DNA of 64,000 nt from IMG/VR virus record IMGVR_UViG_3300027967_000093, one strand, 5' to 3'. Position 1 is the first letter of the stretch; every line of letters starts with the position of its first letter. The notes beneath the pieces are model-generated. The model saw only the letters and a list, made by a program, of their open reading frames with translations. It made no database searches and had not been told where the DNA came from. The translations under genes were made by a program, and so were the position numbers. The stretch is from a virus. Positions 28,146 to 37,086 of the stretch are shown here, in pieces.

Positions 28146-28213
28146 AGACTTCGGTTCTTATGACAAAATGTTCTAAAGAAGGTGTTGACTTCTTGTTATG
28201 ATTATGAGATAAT
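28123..28213 (+). repeat. ~91-bp direct repeat, copy B (early promoter copy 3)
   Basis: 270 bp downstream of copy A; TTGACT 28185, GATAAT 28208. Confidence 0.9.
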
Positions 28214-28241
28214 ACCTTTGTTGATTGAGTTGAGAGATATT

Positions 28242-28379
28242 ATGAATAGAGAAGAACAGATTACTTACCACTGGAATGACTTGATGGTTCATTGTGAAAC
28301 TAAAGAACGTTTCAATGAAGAAGAGTTCGAAAGAATCTACAATGAGATTATTGCAAAAATTAATGAGATGGAGAACTAA
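28242..28379 (+). CDS. early hypothetical protein
   Basis: ORF after promoter copy 3. Confidence 0.6.
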   Translation: MNREEQITYHWNDLMVHCETKERFNEEEFERIYNEIIAKINEMEN

Positions 28380-28730
28380 ATGAAACTTATTATCGAAACT
28401 CAGTTCCGTGAAAACTATGGTGCCCATGATTGGGACGGTCAGGGCGAATGTCCTCAGCACTGGAAGTCCAAAGGTGGTGACACATATGTTGTAGAGAATA
28501 TCACAGAGGATCAATTCATTAGTATTCTCAAGTATGGTATTCCCACCACCCTCACGTCTTCGATTGAAGACAAAGATGACTACTCTATGGAGTACATTAT
28601 CTCTTACGATTTCATTAACGATGATGAGAAGATTCCGTGCGAAGAATGGGAGAACCCGATCTTTCTGTCATACAACGGAATGAAAACCCTTAATGTTAAA
28701 AATTTATCTAATGGAGAACAATGTGTCTAA
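28380..28730 (+). CDS. hypothetical protein
   Basis: TQFRENYGAHDWDG..ECPQHWKSKGG; GGAG SD. Confidence 0.7.
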   Translation: MKLIIETQFRENYGAHDWDGQGECPQHWKSKGGDTYVVENITEDQFISILKYGIPTTLTSSIEDKDDYSMEYIISYDFINDDEKIPCEEWENPIFLSYNGMKTLNVKNLSNGEQCV

Positions 28731-28944
28731 AGTAACGATTGAAATGGAACACGAACAGGTTGACGCGATAATGGTCAGTGAATTGAAATGGCACCTCGAA
28801 ACCTTCAGGAAGGATCTGGAACGCAGAGAAAAGGGTGAAGGTATGGCTATATTTGATAATGACCCCAAGGCTGATGTTGTTTACCTGAATGAATATATCG
28901 AGGCGTTTGGTCTGGTACTGGATTACTACGGTGGCGGTTTATGA
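28723..28944 (+). CDS. hypothetical protein
   Basis: GGAG SD, GTG start. Confidence 0.6.
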   Translation: MSKVTIEMEHEQVDAIMVSELKWHLETFRKDLERREKGEGMAIFDNDPKADVVYLNEYIEAFGLVLDYYGGGL

Positions 28945-29231
28945 TTCACGGTAGTATGCGACACTATGCAAATGGACGTAAGAAGAAGTACAATGCATGG
29001 ACGACCAAAAAACGTGAGTATGAGTTCAAAGACTATACACCAGAACAACCTTACAGACGTGAGACTCCGGTTTATAAATCTCTAGATAGTGGTACTGGTA
29101 GTACCGAAAAGAAAGAAAAAATGATCTACACGGGTACGTTGGTCAAAGGTATCAGTACGATGCACAAGTCTAATGCGGTACCTATCATTGATGCGCAAGA
29201 GGCGAAAGACCACGCCAATATGCGTAGGTAA
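28941..29231 (+). CDS. conserved phage hypothetical protein
   Basis: YTGTLVKGISTMHKSNAVP. Confidence 0.7.
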   Translation: MIHGSMRHYANGRKKKYNAWTTKKREYEFKDYTPEQPYRRETPVYKSLDSGTGSTEKKEKMIYTGTLVKGISTMHKSNAVPIIDAQEAKDHANMRR

Positions 29232-29251
29232 TCATAGGAGAGTGAGCAACA

Positions 29252-29470
29252 ATGAAACAAATCACAGATGAAGAATACGATCTCTTCAAAAAACTGACAA
29301 AGATTTGGTTCCATACACAACCTGACAAGAGTGGTTCATTCTTTATATGTGGTGAAGGTGGTGAACGCGATGATAGTGGATTGCCTGACATTATATTGGT
29401 ATGCCCGCAAATGGGTGCGAATATCACAGCAATCTACGAAAAGAAAACTGTAGGAAGGAGCGGACAATGA
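29252..29470 (+). CDS. hypothetical protein
   Basis: AGGAG SD. Confidence 0.65.
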   Translation: MKQITDEEYDLFKKLTKIWFHTQPDKSGSFFICGEGGERDDSGLPDIILVCPQMGANITAIYEKKTVGRSGQ

Positions 29471-29471
29471 G
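29446..29471 (+). repeat. 26-bp direct repeat containing SD and ATG, copy 1
   Basis: AACTGTAGGAAGGAGCGGACAATGAG, exact copy at 30127-30152. Confidence 0.9.
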
Positions 29472-29811
29472 AATGTGGGAATATAAACCAGACAACTGGG
29501 TCGTGTTGAAAATTAAAGAGGGTAAACTTGACAGCGGGTTCTACTACAAAGTTCTCGGTGGATGGAGTGGTGGTTATGTCGATGGTGACAGTTGGCGAAT
29601 GAACTCAGGTATCTCCGAAGTCACTGAAGACGGTGGCTACCTATTATTTCACGGATACAGTGGCAGTGTGTATCGTTGTTATAAAGGTAGTTATGGCTTG
29701 CGTATGAACAATGCAGGTATATACAATCAACTGAAAGAGAACGAGACATTCGAGGGACAAATAACCTTGATGGACGAAGACACTAACTGGACAGGAGTAA
29801 AATACAAATGA
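29467..29811 (+). CDS. conserved phage hypothetical protein
   Basis: PDNWVVLKI...YKVLGGWSGGY..GDSWRMNSGI. Confidence 0.75.
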   Translation: MRMWEYKPDNWVVLKIKEGKLDSGFYYKVLGGWSGGYVDGDSWRMNSGISEVTEDGGYLLFHGYSGSVYRCYKGSYGLRMNNAGIYNQLKENETFEGQITLMDEDTNWTGVKYK

Positions 29812-30134
29812 CAATAGTAACTGATGAGTGTTATGAAGAGTATAAAAGAATAAAGTTGCGTCTAGAACAGACTGCATCCGAATTTGAAACGAAACCTCTG
29901 AACCCAAAGGACAGGTTTGACCTAGAACAGGAACTCATGGAATGTTGGGATATTACCACGGACATTAATGATATCTATGAGTATATTGGGGATAGTGAGT
30001 TCTTTGCTGACATGAGTGCGAAACATACCGATAAGCTTATGAACCTCCTACTCGGTATGAAGGAACTGTACGAAGTGAAGTTCCAACGAACCTTCCGTAC
30101 CTTCGAACAGTGCATATCGAACAGGGAACTGTAG
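29808..30134 (+). CDS. hypothetical protein
   Basis: DRFDLEQELMECW; ATGA-coupled. Confidence 0.7.
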   Translation: MTIVTDECYEEYKRIKLRLEQTASEFETKPLNPKDRFDLEQELMECWDITTDINDIYEYIGDSEFFADMSAKHTDKLMNLLLGMKELYEVKFQRTFRTFEQCISNREL

Positions 30135-30152
30135 GAAGGAGCGGACAATGAG
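30127..30152 (+). repeat. 26-bp direct repeat, copy 2
   Basis: Identical to 29446-29471. Confidence 0.9.
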
Positions 30153-30384
30153 TGAACGACTATTAACCTCTCTGTGGAGAGAAGAACTGACTGACTGGGG
30201 TGACCATAAGACTCCGAACCATACCTACATTACCCGAGGTTCTCAGTTGATAGGGTATGTCAAACGTGGTACGACCGAGATAATCGAGTTCAGTACACCC
30301 CTGAAGACTTGGGCTGTGACTCGCAGGAAGTTCCGCAAGTTATCCAAAAAAGAGATAAGAACCTACCTTGATATAACAAAATGA
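30148..30384 (+). CDS. hypothetical protein
   Basis: ELTDW...PNHTY...RRKF. Confidence 0.7.
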   Translation: MSERLLTSLWREELTDWGDHKTPNHTYITRGSQLIGYVKRGTTEIIEFSTPLKTWAVTRRKFRKLSKKEIRTYLDITK

Positions 30385-30417
30385 TCTAAAAATAAGTGAA
30401 AATAAGTGAAATAAGTC

Positions 30418-30446
30418 TTGCATTCTTGTTATCATTATGAGATAAT
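30418..30446 (+). promoter_or_regulatory. phage early promoter, copy 4
   Basis: TTGCATTCTTGTTATCATTATGAGATAAT; preceded by tandem AAATAAGT(G) units. Confidence 0.8.
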
Positions 30447-30477
30447 AGTTACCTAATTGATTGAGAGAGTATGTATT

Positions 30478-30705
30478 ATGAATTTTCCTACTGCGTTAAA
30501 TGACTTCCGTGATTATGTCCATAGTTTCTACGGTAAAGAGGGTATCTACGACCTCGGTTGTGGTATCCCTGATATCCAGAATGCAATTATTGAGTATGCA
30601 GTGAAATGCATGGATATTGCCGGTCATTGGGGCGGTGGTGACAGCGTTGATCGTGAACGTGTTCGTTATATTCTAGAAGCCAAAGGTTTTGAGGAGATTA
30701 AATAA
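30478..30705 (+). CDS. hypothetical protein
   Basis: SFYG..GIY...GDSVDRERVR. Confidence 0.7.
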   Translation: MNFPTALNDFRDYVHSFYGKEGIYDLGCGIPDIQNAIIEYAVKCMDIAGHWGGGDSVDRERVRYILEAKGFEEIK

Positions 30706-31118
30706 TGTTTGTAGTTATTGAAGGTCGTCATAAAAACAAGAAGGTTGTCGAGAAATATGTCGATAATCTTTTTCGTGCGTTGAAGATTAATCGTCTCCAA
30801 CGTCTCGTCCATATCAAATTCAAAGGAACTTTAGACGGTTACGCACAAGGTCTGTGTATCGGTGACCGTGACTACGCTGAGATTGAAATCGGTACCAAAG
30901 GTCAGACCTTCATGCGTCAGATGCAAGCACTTGCTCACGAGATGGTTCATGCACGACAGTTTCTTCGTGGTCAGTTGACCTCGGAAGGTGGGTTTGCATG
31001 GAAGGGTCGTAAGGCAGACGGTTACGATTATATGAATCAACCATGGGAAAAGGAAGCCTATCGTCTCGAACGTGAATTGTTCCTTGATTGTTTCCCATTC
31101 GATATGGAGGTAAAATGA
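30705..31118 (+). CDS. zincin-like metallopeptidase
   Basis: LAHEMVHARQ (HExxH) and PWEKEAY. Confidence 0.75.
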   Translation: MFVVIEGRHKNKKVVEKYVDNLFRALKINRLQRLVHIKFKGTLDGYAQGLCIGDRDYAEIEIGTKGQTFMRQMQALAHEMVHARQFLRGQLTSEGGFAWKGRKADGYDYMNQPWEKEAYRLERELFLDCFPFDMEVK

Positions 31119-31291
31119 AACAGACATTGTTATATTTGATATCTATCGCGATATTGACATTCGCATTCCATTTAAGGATAACTGAAGGGACTGCCGGTTT
31201 CTATGCACTCCTAACAATCCCATGTTCATTTTACTTCATACTACAAACACACTATATAATATCACGTACACTAACGAGGAAATATAGATGA
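31115..31291 (+). CDS. small membrane protein
   Basis: GGAGG SD, two hydrophobic segments. Confidence 0.55.
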   Translation: MKQTLLYLISIAILTFAFHLRITEGTAGFYALLTIPCSFYFILQTHYIISRTLTRKYR

Positions 31292-31662
31292 AGAAAGTAG
31301 TTATAACAACTTTGATGTTGTTCAGTATTTCGGGATGTTCACAAATAATGAACACGAGTTTTTGGGATGATAACGAGGCGAAGGCTGCGGTCGATGTTGC
31401 GTTTGCGGTTCAAGAGTTGGACTGTGATAGTCAGTTCGTGAAACCTCAGATTAGGAAGATTGCATATAAACTTGCATACCTAGAAACATATGCGACATAT
31501 AAGAAGTCGCGTGATATAGTCGAACTCACCGGACTTGTAGGTAAAACAGTAGAGGGATTGTCTGCGAAACAAGTAATCAATCCAACTTATTGTAGAATCA
31601 AGAAAGAGAGTTTAGTCAAACAAACTGGTGATATTGCCAGTGCAGTATTAGGGAGATTCTAA
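31288..31662 (+). CDS. putative lipoprotein
   Basis: MKKVVITTLMLFSISG/C lipobox. Confidence 0.7.
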   Translation: MKKVVITTLMLFSISGCSQIMNTSFWDDNEAKAAVDVAFAVQELDCDSQFVKPQIRKIAYKLAYLETYATYKKSRDIVELTGLVGKTVEGLSAKQVINPTYCRIKKESLVKQTGDIASAVLGRF

Positions 31663-31886
31663 TGGAAAACTTTACAGTAAAATTCGCGGGTACAGACCTT
31701 GAACCATATGCAGAACGTTTAGACGCTATCGTTGAGATGGTACAGGACGGTCAGTTATCGAAGGATGAAGCCGCAGAACTGATAGAAGATATCAAGACCG
31801 AACAAGAAGTTGATGCACTGACTTCGACTATGGAGTTGAAAAGTGACTTCATCCGGTCTGTTGATTTATTGATGAAAGTTTTATAA
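31662..31886 (+). CDS. hypothetical protein
   Basis: TAATG-coupled, acidic helical. Confidence 0.65.
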   Translation: MENFTVKFAGTDLEPYAERLDAIVEMVQDGQLSKDEAAELIEDIKTEQEVDALTSTMELKSDFIRSVDLLMKVL

Positions 31887-31904
31887 TTATTTTGAAAAAA
31901 AGTG

Positions 31905-31933
31905 TTGCCAACTTGTTCTGAATATGAGATAAT
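31905..31933 (+). promoter_or_regulatory. phage early promoter, copy 5
   Basis: TTGCCAACTTGTTCTGAATATGAGATAAT. Confidence 0.75.
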
Positions 31934-31978
31934 GTCCTTGTTGAATTGAGTTAACCTTTTAAATAGAGAGTATATATT

Positions 31979-32944
31979 ATGAGTATGAATGACATTTTAC
32001 AAATCGAAACCACTGCGTCTGTAGGTTCTTCTCCTTGGGGTATCGGTGAGATTGTTTCTGGTGACCTGACTCCACGTCAAATGATGGAGAAGGCAGGTTG
32101 TGACTGGTCGGTAGAAAAGGTTCCTACCTATGCCGACTATAACGGTGACAAGATCCCTACTGGTATGGAAGCTCTTGTTCGTTCTTCGGACAATAAAGTT
32201 CTCACCCAAGTTGGTGGTAACTGGGAACCTTGTCAGAACGAGACTGCGTTTGAGTTCTTCAATGAGTACTGCATGGAAGGTGGTATGCAGATGGACACTG
32301 CGGGTTCTCTGAAAGGCGGTAAGATGGTCTGGGCACTTGCCAAGGTCAATGAGTCTTTTGATGTTCTCAAGGGTGACCAAGTTGATTCATACTTGTTGTT
32401 CTCTAACCCACACGAATACGGTAAGTCAATCGACATCCGTTTCACCCCGATCCGTGTATCATGCATGAACACTCTTGCATATGCACTGAAGGGTCGTGCA
32501 ATCAATGGTGCGAAAATTAACCACCGCCGTGCGTTTGATGCGAATCACGTTAAGACTACTCTTGGTCTTGCTCATGAGAAGTTCGAACAGTACAAAGAAC
32601 TGTCGCAATTCCTTGCGGGTAAACAGTTCAAGATGGAAAACTTGATTCAGTACTACAATGAAGTATTCCCACGTACTTACCAAGGTAAGAATCCACCACA
32701 GGTCAAAACGTATGCTGACTTGACCACTAATGGTCAGAAGGCATTTGATGTGTTGGAGACTCAGCCGGGTGCAGAGTTCGCACGTGGTTCATGGTGGCAG
32801 GCACTTAACTCAGTGACCTACCTGACCGACCACGAGATGGGTCGTGAAGCAGATTCACGTATGACCTCTGCATGGTTTGGTGCGAACCAAAACCGTAAAC
32901 AACTTGCGGTTTCTAAAGCAATTGAATTTGCGGAGGCACTATAA
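31979..32944 (+). CDS. DUF932-family protein
   Basis: AGCDWSV, QNETAFEFF, TAGSLKGG, TPIRVSCMNTL, GSWWQALNSVT..DH. Confidence 0.8.
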   Translation: MSMNDILQIETTASVGSSPWGIGEIVSGDLTPRQMMEKAGCDWSVEKVPTYADYNGDKIPTGMEALVRSSDNKVLTQVGGNWEPCQNETAFEFFNEYCMEGGMQMDTAGSLKGGKMVWALAKVNESFDVLKGDQVDSYLLFSNPHEYGKSIDIRFTPIRVSCMNTLAYALKGRAINGAKINHRRAFDANHVKTTLGLAHEKFEQYKELSQFLAGKQFKMENLIQYYNEVFPRTYQGKNPPQVKTYADLTTNGQKAFDVLETQPGAEFARGSWWQALNSVTYLTDHEMGREADSRMTSAWFGANQNRKQLAVSKAIEFAEAL

Positions 32945-33342
32945 TGAGTGATATATTAGTCAATGCATTATGGACACCAGATGGCACTCGACTTCAGAGT
33001 TACTCACGTCATGATTATAAAGAACATGTGGATTCGACCAATGGAAAAACCTATATGGTCGATGGTGGTCTAGATTACATTAGACGTTCTGTCAACGGTG
33101 ACGAAGTTGATGCTTCGGTTTTTCTTGATGATGAATATATGTTAGTACGTGAACAAGTCACTTGGGGAACTTATGGTAAGAATGGCGACCAGCCATTACG
33201 ATATGTACCAGTAAGTGAAATGAGTAATGACCATATTCAGGCAGTACTTGATACACAGACTCGTATCTATCCACAACTTCGTAAAGTGTTAATCATGGAA
33301 CTTGAGTATCGTATTGAGAACATGATTGAGGTGAGAGACTAA
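32944..33342 (+). CDS. conserved phage hypothetical protein
   Basis: TPDGT.LQS..RHDY...MVDGGLDYIRR...WGTYGK. Confidence 0.75.
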   Translation: MSDILVNALWTPDGTRLQSYSRHDYKEHVDSTNGKTYMVDGGLDYIRRSVNGDEVDASVFLDDEYMLVREQVTWGTYGKNGDQPLRYVPVSEMSNDHIQAVLDTQTRIYPQLRKVLIMELEYRIENMIEVRD

Positions 33343-33551
33343 TGATGGTAGTTGATAGCGTAAAAGAAGTAACACAATATAAAGTGTTCTTTTATCCAGA
33401 CGAACATCCTGATATATTTGACGCACCTCTATACAAAAGAAAGTCGATGTGTATGAAGATACTAGGAAAGGCGTTCGATTTGGTCGACCCTATCATTAAA
33501 GAAGAATCCTTGGGTGCTGATAAAATCAAACTCGTTGTTTACAGTTATTAG
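33342..33551 (+). CDS. hypothetical protein
   Basis: TAATG-coupled ORF. Confidence 0.55.
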   Translation: MMVVDSVKEVTQYKVFFYPDEHPDIFDAPLYKRKSMCMKILGKAFDLVDPIIKEESLGADKIKLVVYSY

Positions 33552-33560
33552 GAGAATATT

Positions 33561-33779
33561 ATGATACCTATTATAGATGCAATACTGATTGCACTAGTTG
33601 CATCCCTTGTTATAACGGTAGTGACTTACCCAAAAAGACGTGCAAGAATCGAGGCAACATGTCTCAAAGAAAGTAAACTAAAAACGTTCACTGATGAAAT
33701 GATTATAAACTTTATCTTGTCAATCTTGTTAGTATCTGTTATAATAATAACATATATTTTGACAGGAGTATTTGAGTAA
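33561..33779 (+). CDS. small membrane protein (2 TM)
   Basis: AGGAG SD, two hydrophobic segments. Confidence 0.6.
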   Translation: MIPIIDAILIALVASLVITVVTYPKRRARIEATCLKESKLKTFTDEMIINFILSILLVSVIIITYILTGVFE

Positions 33780-33780
33780 C

Positions 33781-34041
33781 ATGGAAGAGAAAGTTGATGA
33801 CAAGTGGTACGGTAAAAACTTTGACTGGTATGTCAAGTGGGCTGCAACTGTAATTATCTTGGTTTCGGTGACATTCCGTAATGCGGGTGTCGAGTTCCGA
33901 CATTTCGACCTGTCCTTCGGTTTACTCGGTACCTTGCTTTGGTTATGGGTATCGGTGATGTGGAAAGACCGTGCACTGATTATTTTGAATGCGGTAATGA
34001 CACTTTTATTAGGGTCAGCACTAATAAAGGAGTTTGTGTGA
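33781..34041 (+). CDS. small membrane protein (3 TM)
   Basis: DWYVKWAAT...WLWVSVMWKDRALIILN. Confidence 0.65.
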   Translation: MEEKVDDKWYGKNFDWYVKWAATVIILVSVTFRNAGVEFRHFDLSFGLLGTLLWLWVSVMWKDRALIILNAVMTLLLGSALIKEFV

Positions 34042-35636
34042 CATTGAGTCCTCTTGATATTCATGGGATTATTAACAATACCCCCGATACAGAATTAACG
34101 TTAACTATCAAAAAACCTAGTGGGAACTTCAAACAGTTAACCTGCTGGGTCAATGATGTTTTAGAAATAAGTCCGGAGACGACAACTATACCTTGCAAGG
34201 ATAAGTCGATAGTGACTTTTCTTAACTGTGTGTTACGTCTATCGGTAACTCTCCAGAATGCAGTAGGAGTCCCTACTTTCAAGATACCCATGGTTACCGA
34301 GGTTACTGACCTAGGTGATTCCATCGAGGTTGAACTGATACAATACCGTCTGTCTGGTTTTATGCCAGAAACCTTCACTGGTTCTCTTCAACATGCCATC
34401 TCGATATGTCACAAATCATTAACAACCGAACCTACTGATAATAACATCTTATCATTGATGTCACATATAGAGTCTAAGGTAATACCTGATATACGTATCA
34501 TGGTCGCATATTCAAATGCAACTGTTCCTGTAATCAAGGCTGCGGGAGAACGTGGAATACCCTTTGTATGTCTAGGTAAGGGTATCTACCAACTAGGTAC
34601 AGGAAGTTCTCAGAGACGTATTAAAGGCAGTATGTCCGACCGTGATTCTAGTATTGGTGTTGATATTGCAGGGGATAAGTTTGTTGCGTCAAGTACATTA
34701 CGGAACATGGGATTCCCTACACCCGAGCATTATATGGTGACTCGTCTAGAACATGCACTAGGGGTAGTAGAAGACTTGGGATACCCTGTGGTGGTCAAAC
34801 CTGTAGATGGTGACCGTGGGGAAGGTGTGACTATTAATGTGGACAATGATGCCATGTTACGTGGTGCAGTCCAGAAGGGTATGAATGCGTCTATCAGTAA
34901 AGTTCTGTTGATAGAAAAACCTGTCGAAGGTGTGTGTCATCGACTCTTTATCACCAATGGAAAAATGGTCTATGCGGTAAAACGTGACCCTATTTACGTG
35001 GTAGGTAATGGTGTCGATACTATATTATCCCTTAATGAGAAAGAAAAAACTCGTCAAGATAAACGTCCGGTCTGGAATCGCGAACCCTTTGCACACTTTG
35101 ACTATACTACCGAACTGCATCTACAACTCACGGGTATGGATGGTCAGACTGTACCTGCCGAGGGTGAAGTGGTTTATCTAAGAGCCATAGAGTCTACCCA
35201 AGATGGTGGTATAGATGAGGATATGACCAAGAAGATTCATCCTGACAATATTGATATGGCGATACGCGCAACCAAAGTTTTGGGTCTGGATATTGCGGGT
35301 GTGGATATCATCGGAAAAGATTTGTCGGTACCATGGCACAAATCGGATATGGTGATTACTGACATCAATCCATCTCCTACATTCTGTGCGGCTAGTATCT
35401 CTCGTAGTTACCTACCCGAGTTCATCGATACCTATTTTGAAGGTGACTGTTGTATACCTGTCATACAAGAAGATGAAGTACTGAAAAACGTGGAGGAAGG
35501 TATTCGTTATGCAGTTCTTTCCGGTGAAAAGGTTACATGGAGTGACGGTAAAGAGTGGTACCATAAAGGTACTCATCAAGAACAACTGAGAATGTTGTTA
35601 CTCGACCCAACGTTCGATGCGTTGTTTATTGTATAA
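34038..35636 (+). CDS. cyanophycin-synthetase-like ATP-grasp protein (no Mur-ligase domain)
   Basis: YQLGTG...RRI, DKF...L...GFPTP, VVVKPVDG..GEGVT, VVGNG..TI, IHPDN...LGLDIAGVDII, DINPSP. Confidence 0.75.
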   Translation: MTLSPLDIHGIINNTPDTELTLTIKKPSGNFKQLTCWVNDVLEISPETTTIPCKDKSIVTFLNCVLRLSVTLQNAVGVPTFKIPMVTEVTDLGDSIEVELIQYRLSGFMPETFTGSLQHAISICHKSLTTEPTDNNILSLMSHIESKVIPDIRIMVAYSNATVPVIKAAGERGIPFVCLGKGIYQLGTGSSQRRIKGSMSDRDSSIGVDIAGDKFVASSTLRNMGFPTPEHYMVTRLEHALGVVEDLGYPVVVKPVDGDRGEGVTINVDNDAMLRGAVQKGMNASISKVLLIEKPVEGVCHRLFITNGKMVYAVKRDPIYVVGNGVDTILSLNEKEKTRQDKRPVWNREPFAHFDYTTELHLQLTGMDGQTVPAEGEVVYLRAIESTQDGGIDEDMTKKIHPDNIDMAIRATKVLGLDIAGVDIIGKDLSVPWHKSDMVITDINPSPTFCAASISRSYLPEFIDTYFEGDCCIPVIQEDEVLKNVEEGIRYAVLSGEKVTWSDGKEWYHKGTHQEQLRMLLLDPTFDALFIV

Positions 35637-35639
35637 ATA
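35632..35639 (+). promoter_or_regulatory. T4-type late promoter
   Basis: TATAAATA at gene boundary. Confidence 0.65.
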
Positions 35640-35672
35640 TGGGAAACTGCATTGTAATCACAGGTACCCGTA

Positions 35673-36278
35673 ATGGATGAGAAATTAATAGCAACTGAAA
35701 TACCCGAGAGTAGGGACAGAGAACGTTTTGTTCCGGAACACCCGATAGATGGAAAGATTGACATCCCTGGCGACTTCGGAACAGTTAAGGATTTTGCACA
35801 ATGGTGGTTCTATAATAATATGCCATTTGCACCCCCACTCGATACAGAGATTTATCGTTCGGACGATGCGACCTCGATGTGTATGTTTAGACATGGAAGG
35901 TATCAGGTAGAACTCTACATGATTTTTCCTACACCTAATTTACCTATACATGAACATCCTGGCGTAGAAGTTATCAAATATAGAATGCCATACTATCCAA
36001 GTCCTGAAGGTATGGAACCAATGATTACCAGTCATATATTGAAGGCGGGTGAGGCGCATGGTGCAGGAATCAACTTTAAGGAACGTGAAGGTCAGTTGAA
36101 TAAAGGGTTCCCTTTACTCGCGTTTGAAAGATGGGACGAAGATTTAGATATGACTACTGTTGCAACTCGATGGAAGGGTGAAACGGTAGGCCCAATGCAA
36201 GAAGATTTAATTAGAAGATTCTATCCGGATGCGTATGTCGTGGACGGATATGCTGACGTGACAAGGAAAATGAAATAA
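35673..36278 (+). CDS. hypothetical protein, cupin-like
   Basis: IHEHPGVE...GEAHG. Confidence 0.55.
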   Translation: MDEKLIATEIPESRDRERFVPEHPIDGKIDIPGDFGTVKDFAQWWFYNNMPFAPPLDTEIYRSDDATSMCMFRHGRYQVELYMIFPTPNLPIHEHPGVEVIKYRMPYYPSPEGMEPMITSHILKAGEAHGAGINFKEREGQLNKGFPLLAFERWDEDLDMTTVATRWKGETVGPMQEDLIRRFYPDAYVVDGYADVTRKMK

Positions 36279-36970
36279 TGTTTATATCTCACCAACATAA
36301 AATCGCATACTTTTCAGTACCAAGGGTAGGGTCTAACTCTGCCCAGTATGTGTTAGAAAACAGTCAACTCCCTACTCGAGATGATGATGTGATAACCAAC
36401 CTAGATGAAATAGAATCCTTGGAGATGAATGAGGATACTCTTTCAAGACGAGATAGTCTTGCGACCAGAACTCTCAATGAATATCACATGACGCCTACAC
36501 AGGCGATTGACCAAGGACTAATCACACTAGAAGAACTTCGTGAGTATACCAGTTTTGCATTTGTCCGAGACCCTCTGGAAAGATGGGTGTCTAGATTTAT
36601 GTTGGCAAAGTCATTCGGTTTGTGGGAAGGTGATAATATAGATACCATGACTCTTGCGATACGTCATGGATTGTTCAATGGTCGAACTGACCTTGCATTA
36701 GATTTCAAATGGAACTACCGTGATTATTTTTATCACAACGATGAACTCATACTAACTCCGTACAAACTAGAGTCTATGGATACGGTTCTATCTACCGTAG
36801 TGGGTAATGCGGGAGGTTTTGCGGAGACTGATGTACCTCAGATACAACTCGGTGACCCAACACCCGAGTATCTTAAACTACCAATAGCGACTTGGATGGC
36901 CGAAGATTGCATAGACCTTCTGCGTTCATACTATGCATCGGATATCGAGTTCTACGAGTCCATCGACTAA
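36278..36970 (+). CDS. sulfotransferase family protein
   Basis: ISHQHKIAYFSVPRVGSNS, FAFVRDPLERWVS, YYASDIEFY. Confidence 0.75.
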   Translation: MFISHQHKIAYFSVPRVGSNSAQYVLENSQLPTRDDDVITNLDEIESLEMNEDTLSRRDSLATRTLNEYHMTPTQAIDQGLITLEELREYTSFAFVRDPLERWVSRFMLAKSFGLWEGDNIDTMTLAIRHGLFNGRTDLALDFKWNYRDYFYHNDELILTPYKLESMDTVLSTVVGNAGGFAETDVPQIQLGDPTPEYLKLPIATWMAEDCIDLLRSYYASDIEFYESID

Positions 36971-37007
36971 AACTCACATTTGGGTCACATTTTATCAATA
37001 AAAACAC

Positions 37008-37036
37008 TTGACTTCTTGTTATGATTATGAGATAAT
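37008..37036 (+). promoter_or_regulatory. phage early promoter, copy 6
   Basis: TTGACTTCTTGTTATGATTATGAGATAAT. Confidence 0.85.
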
Positions 37037-37086
37037 GACTGTACAAATTGAGTGATGAATTCCTAAACAAAAGAGAGAAATATATA

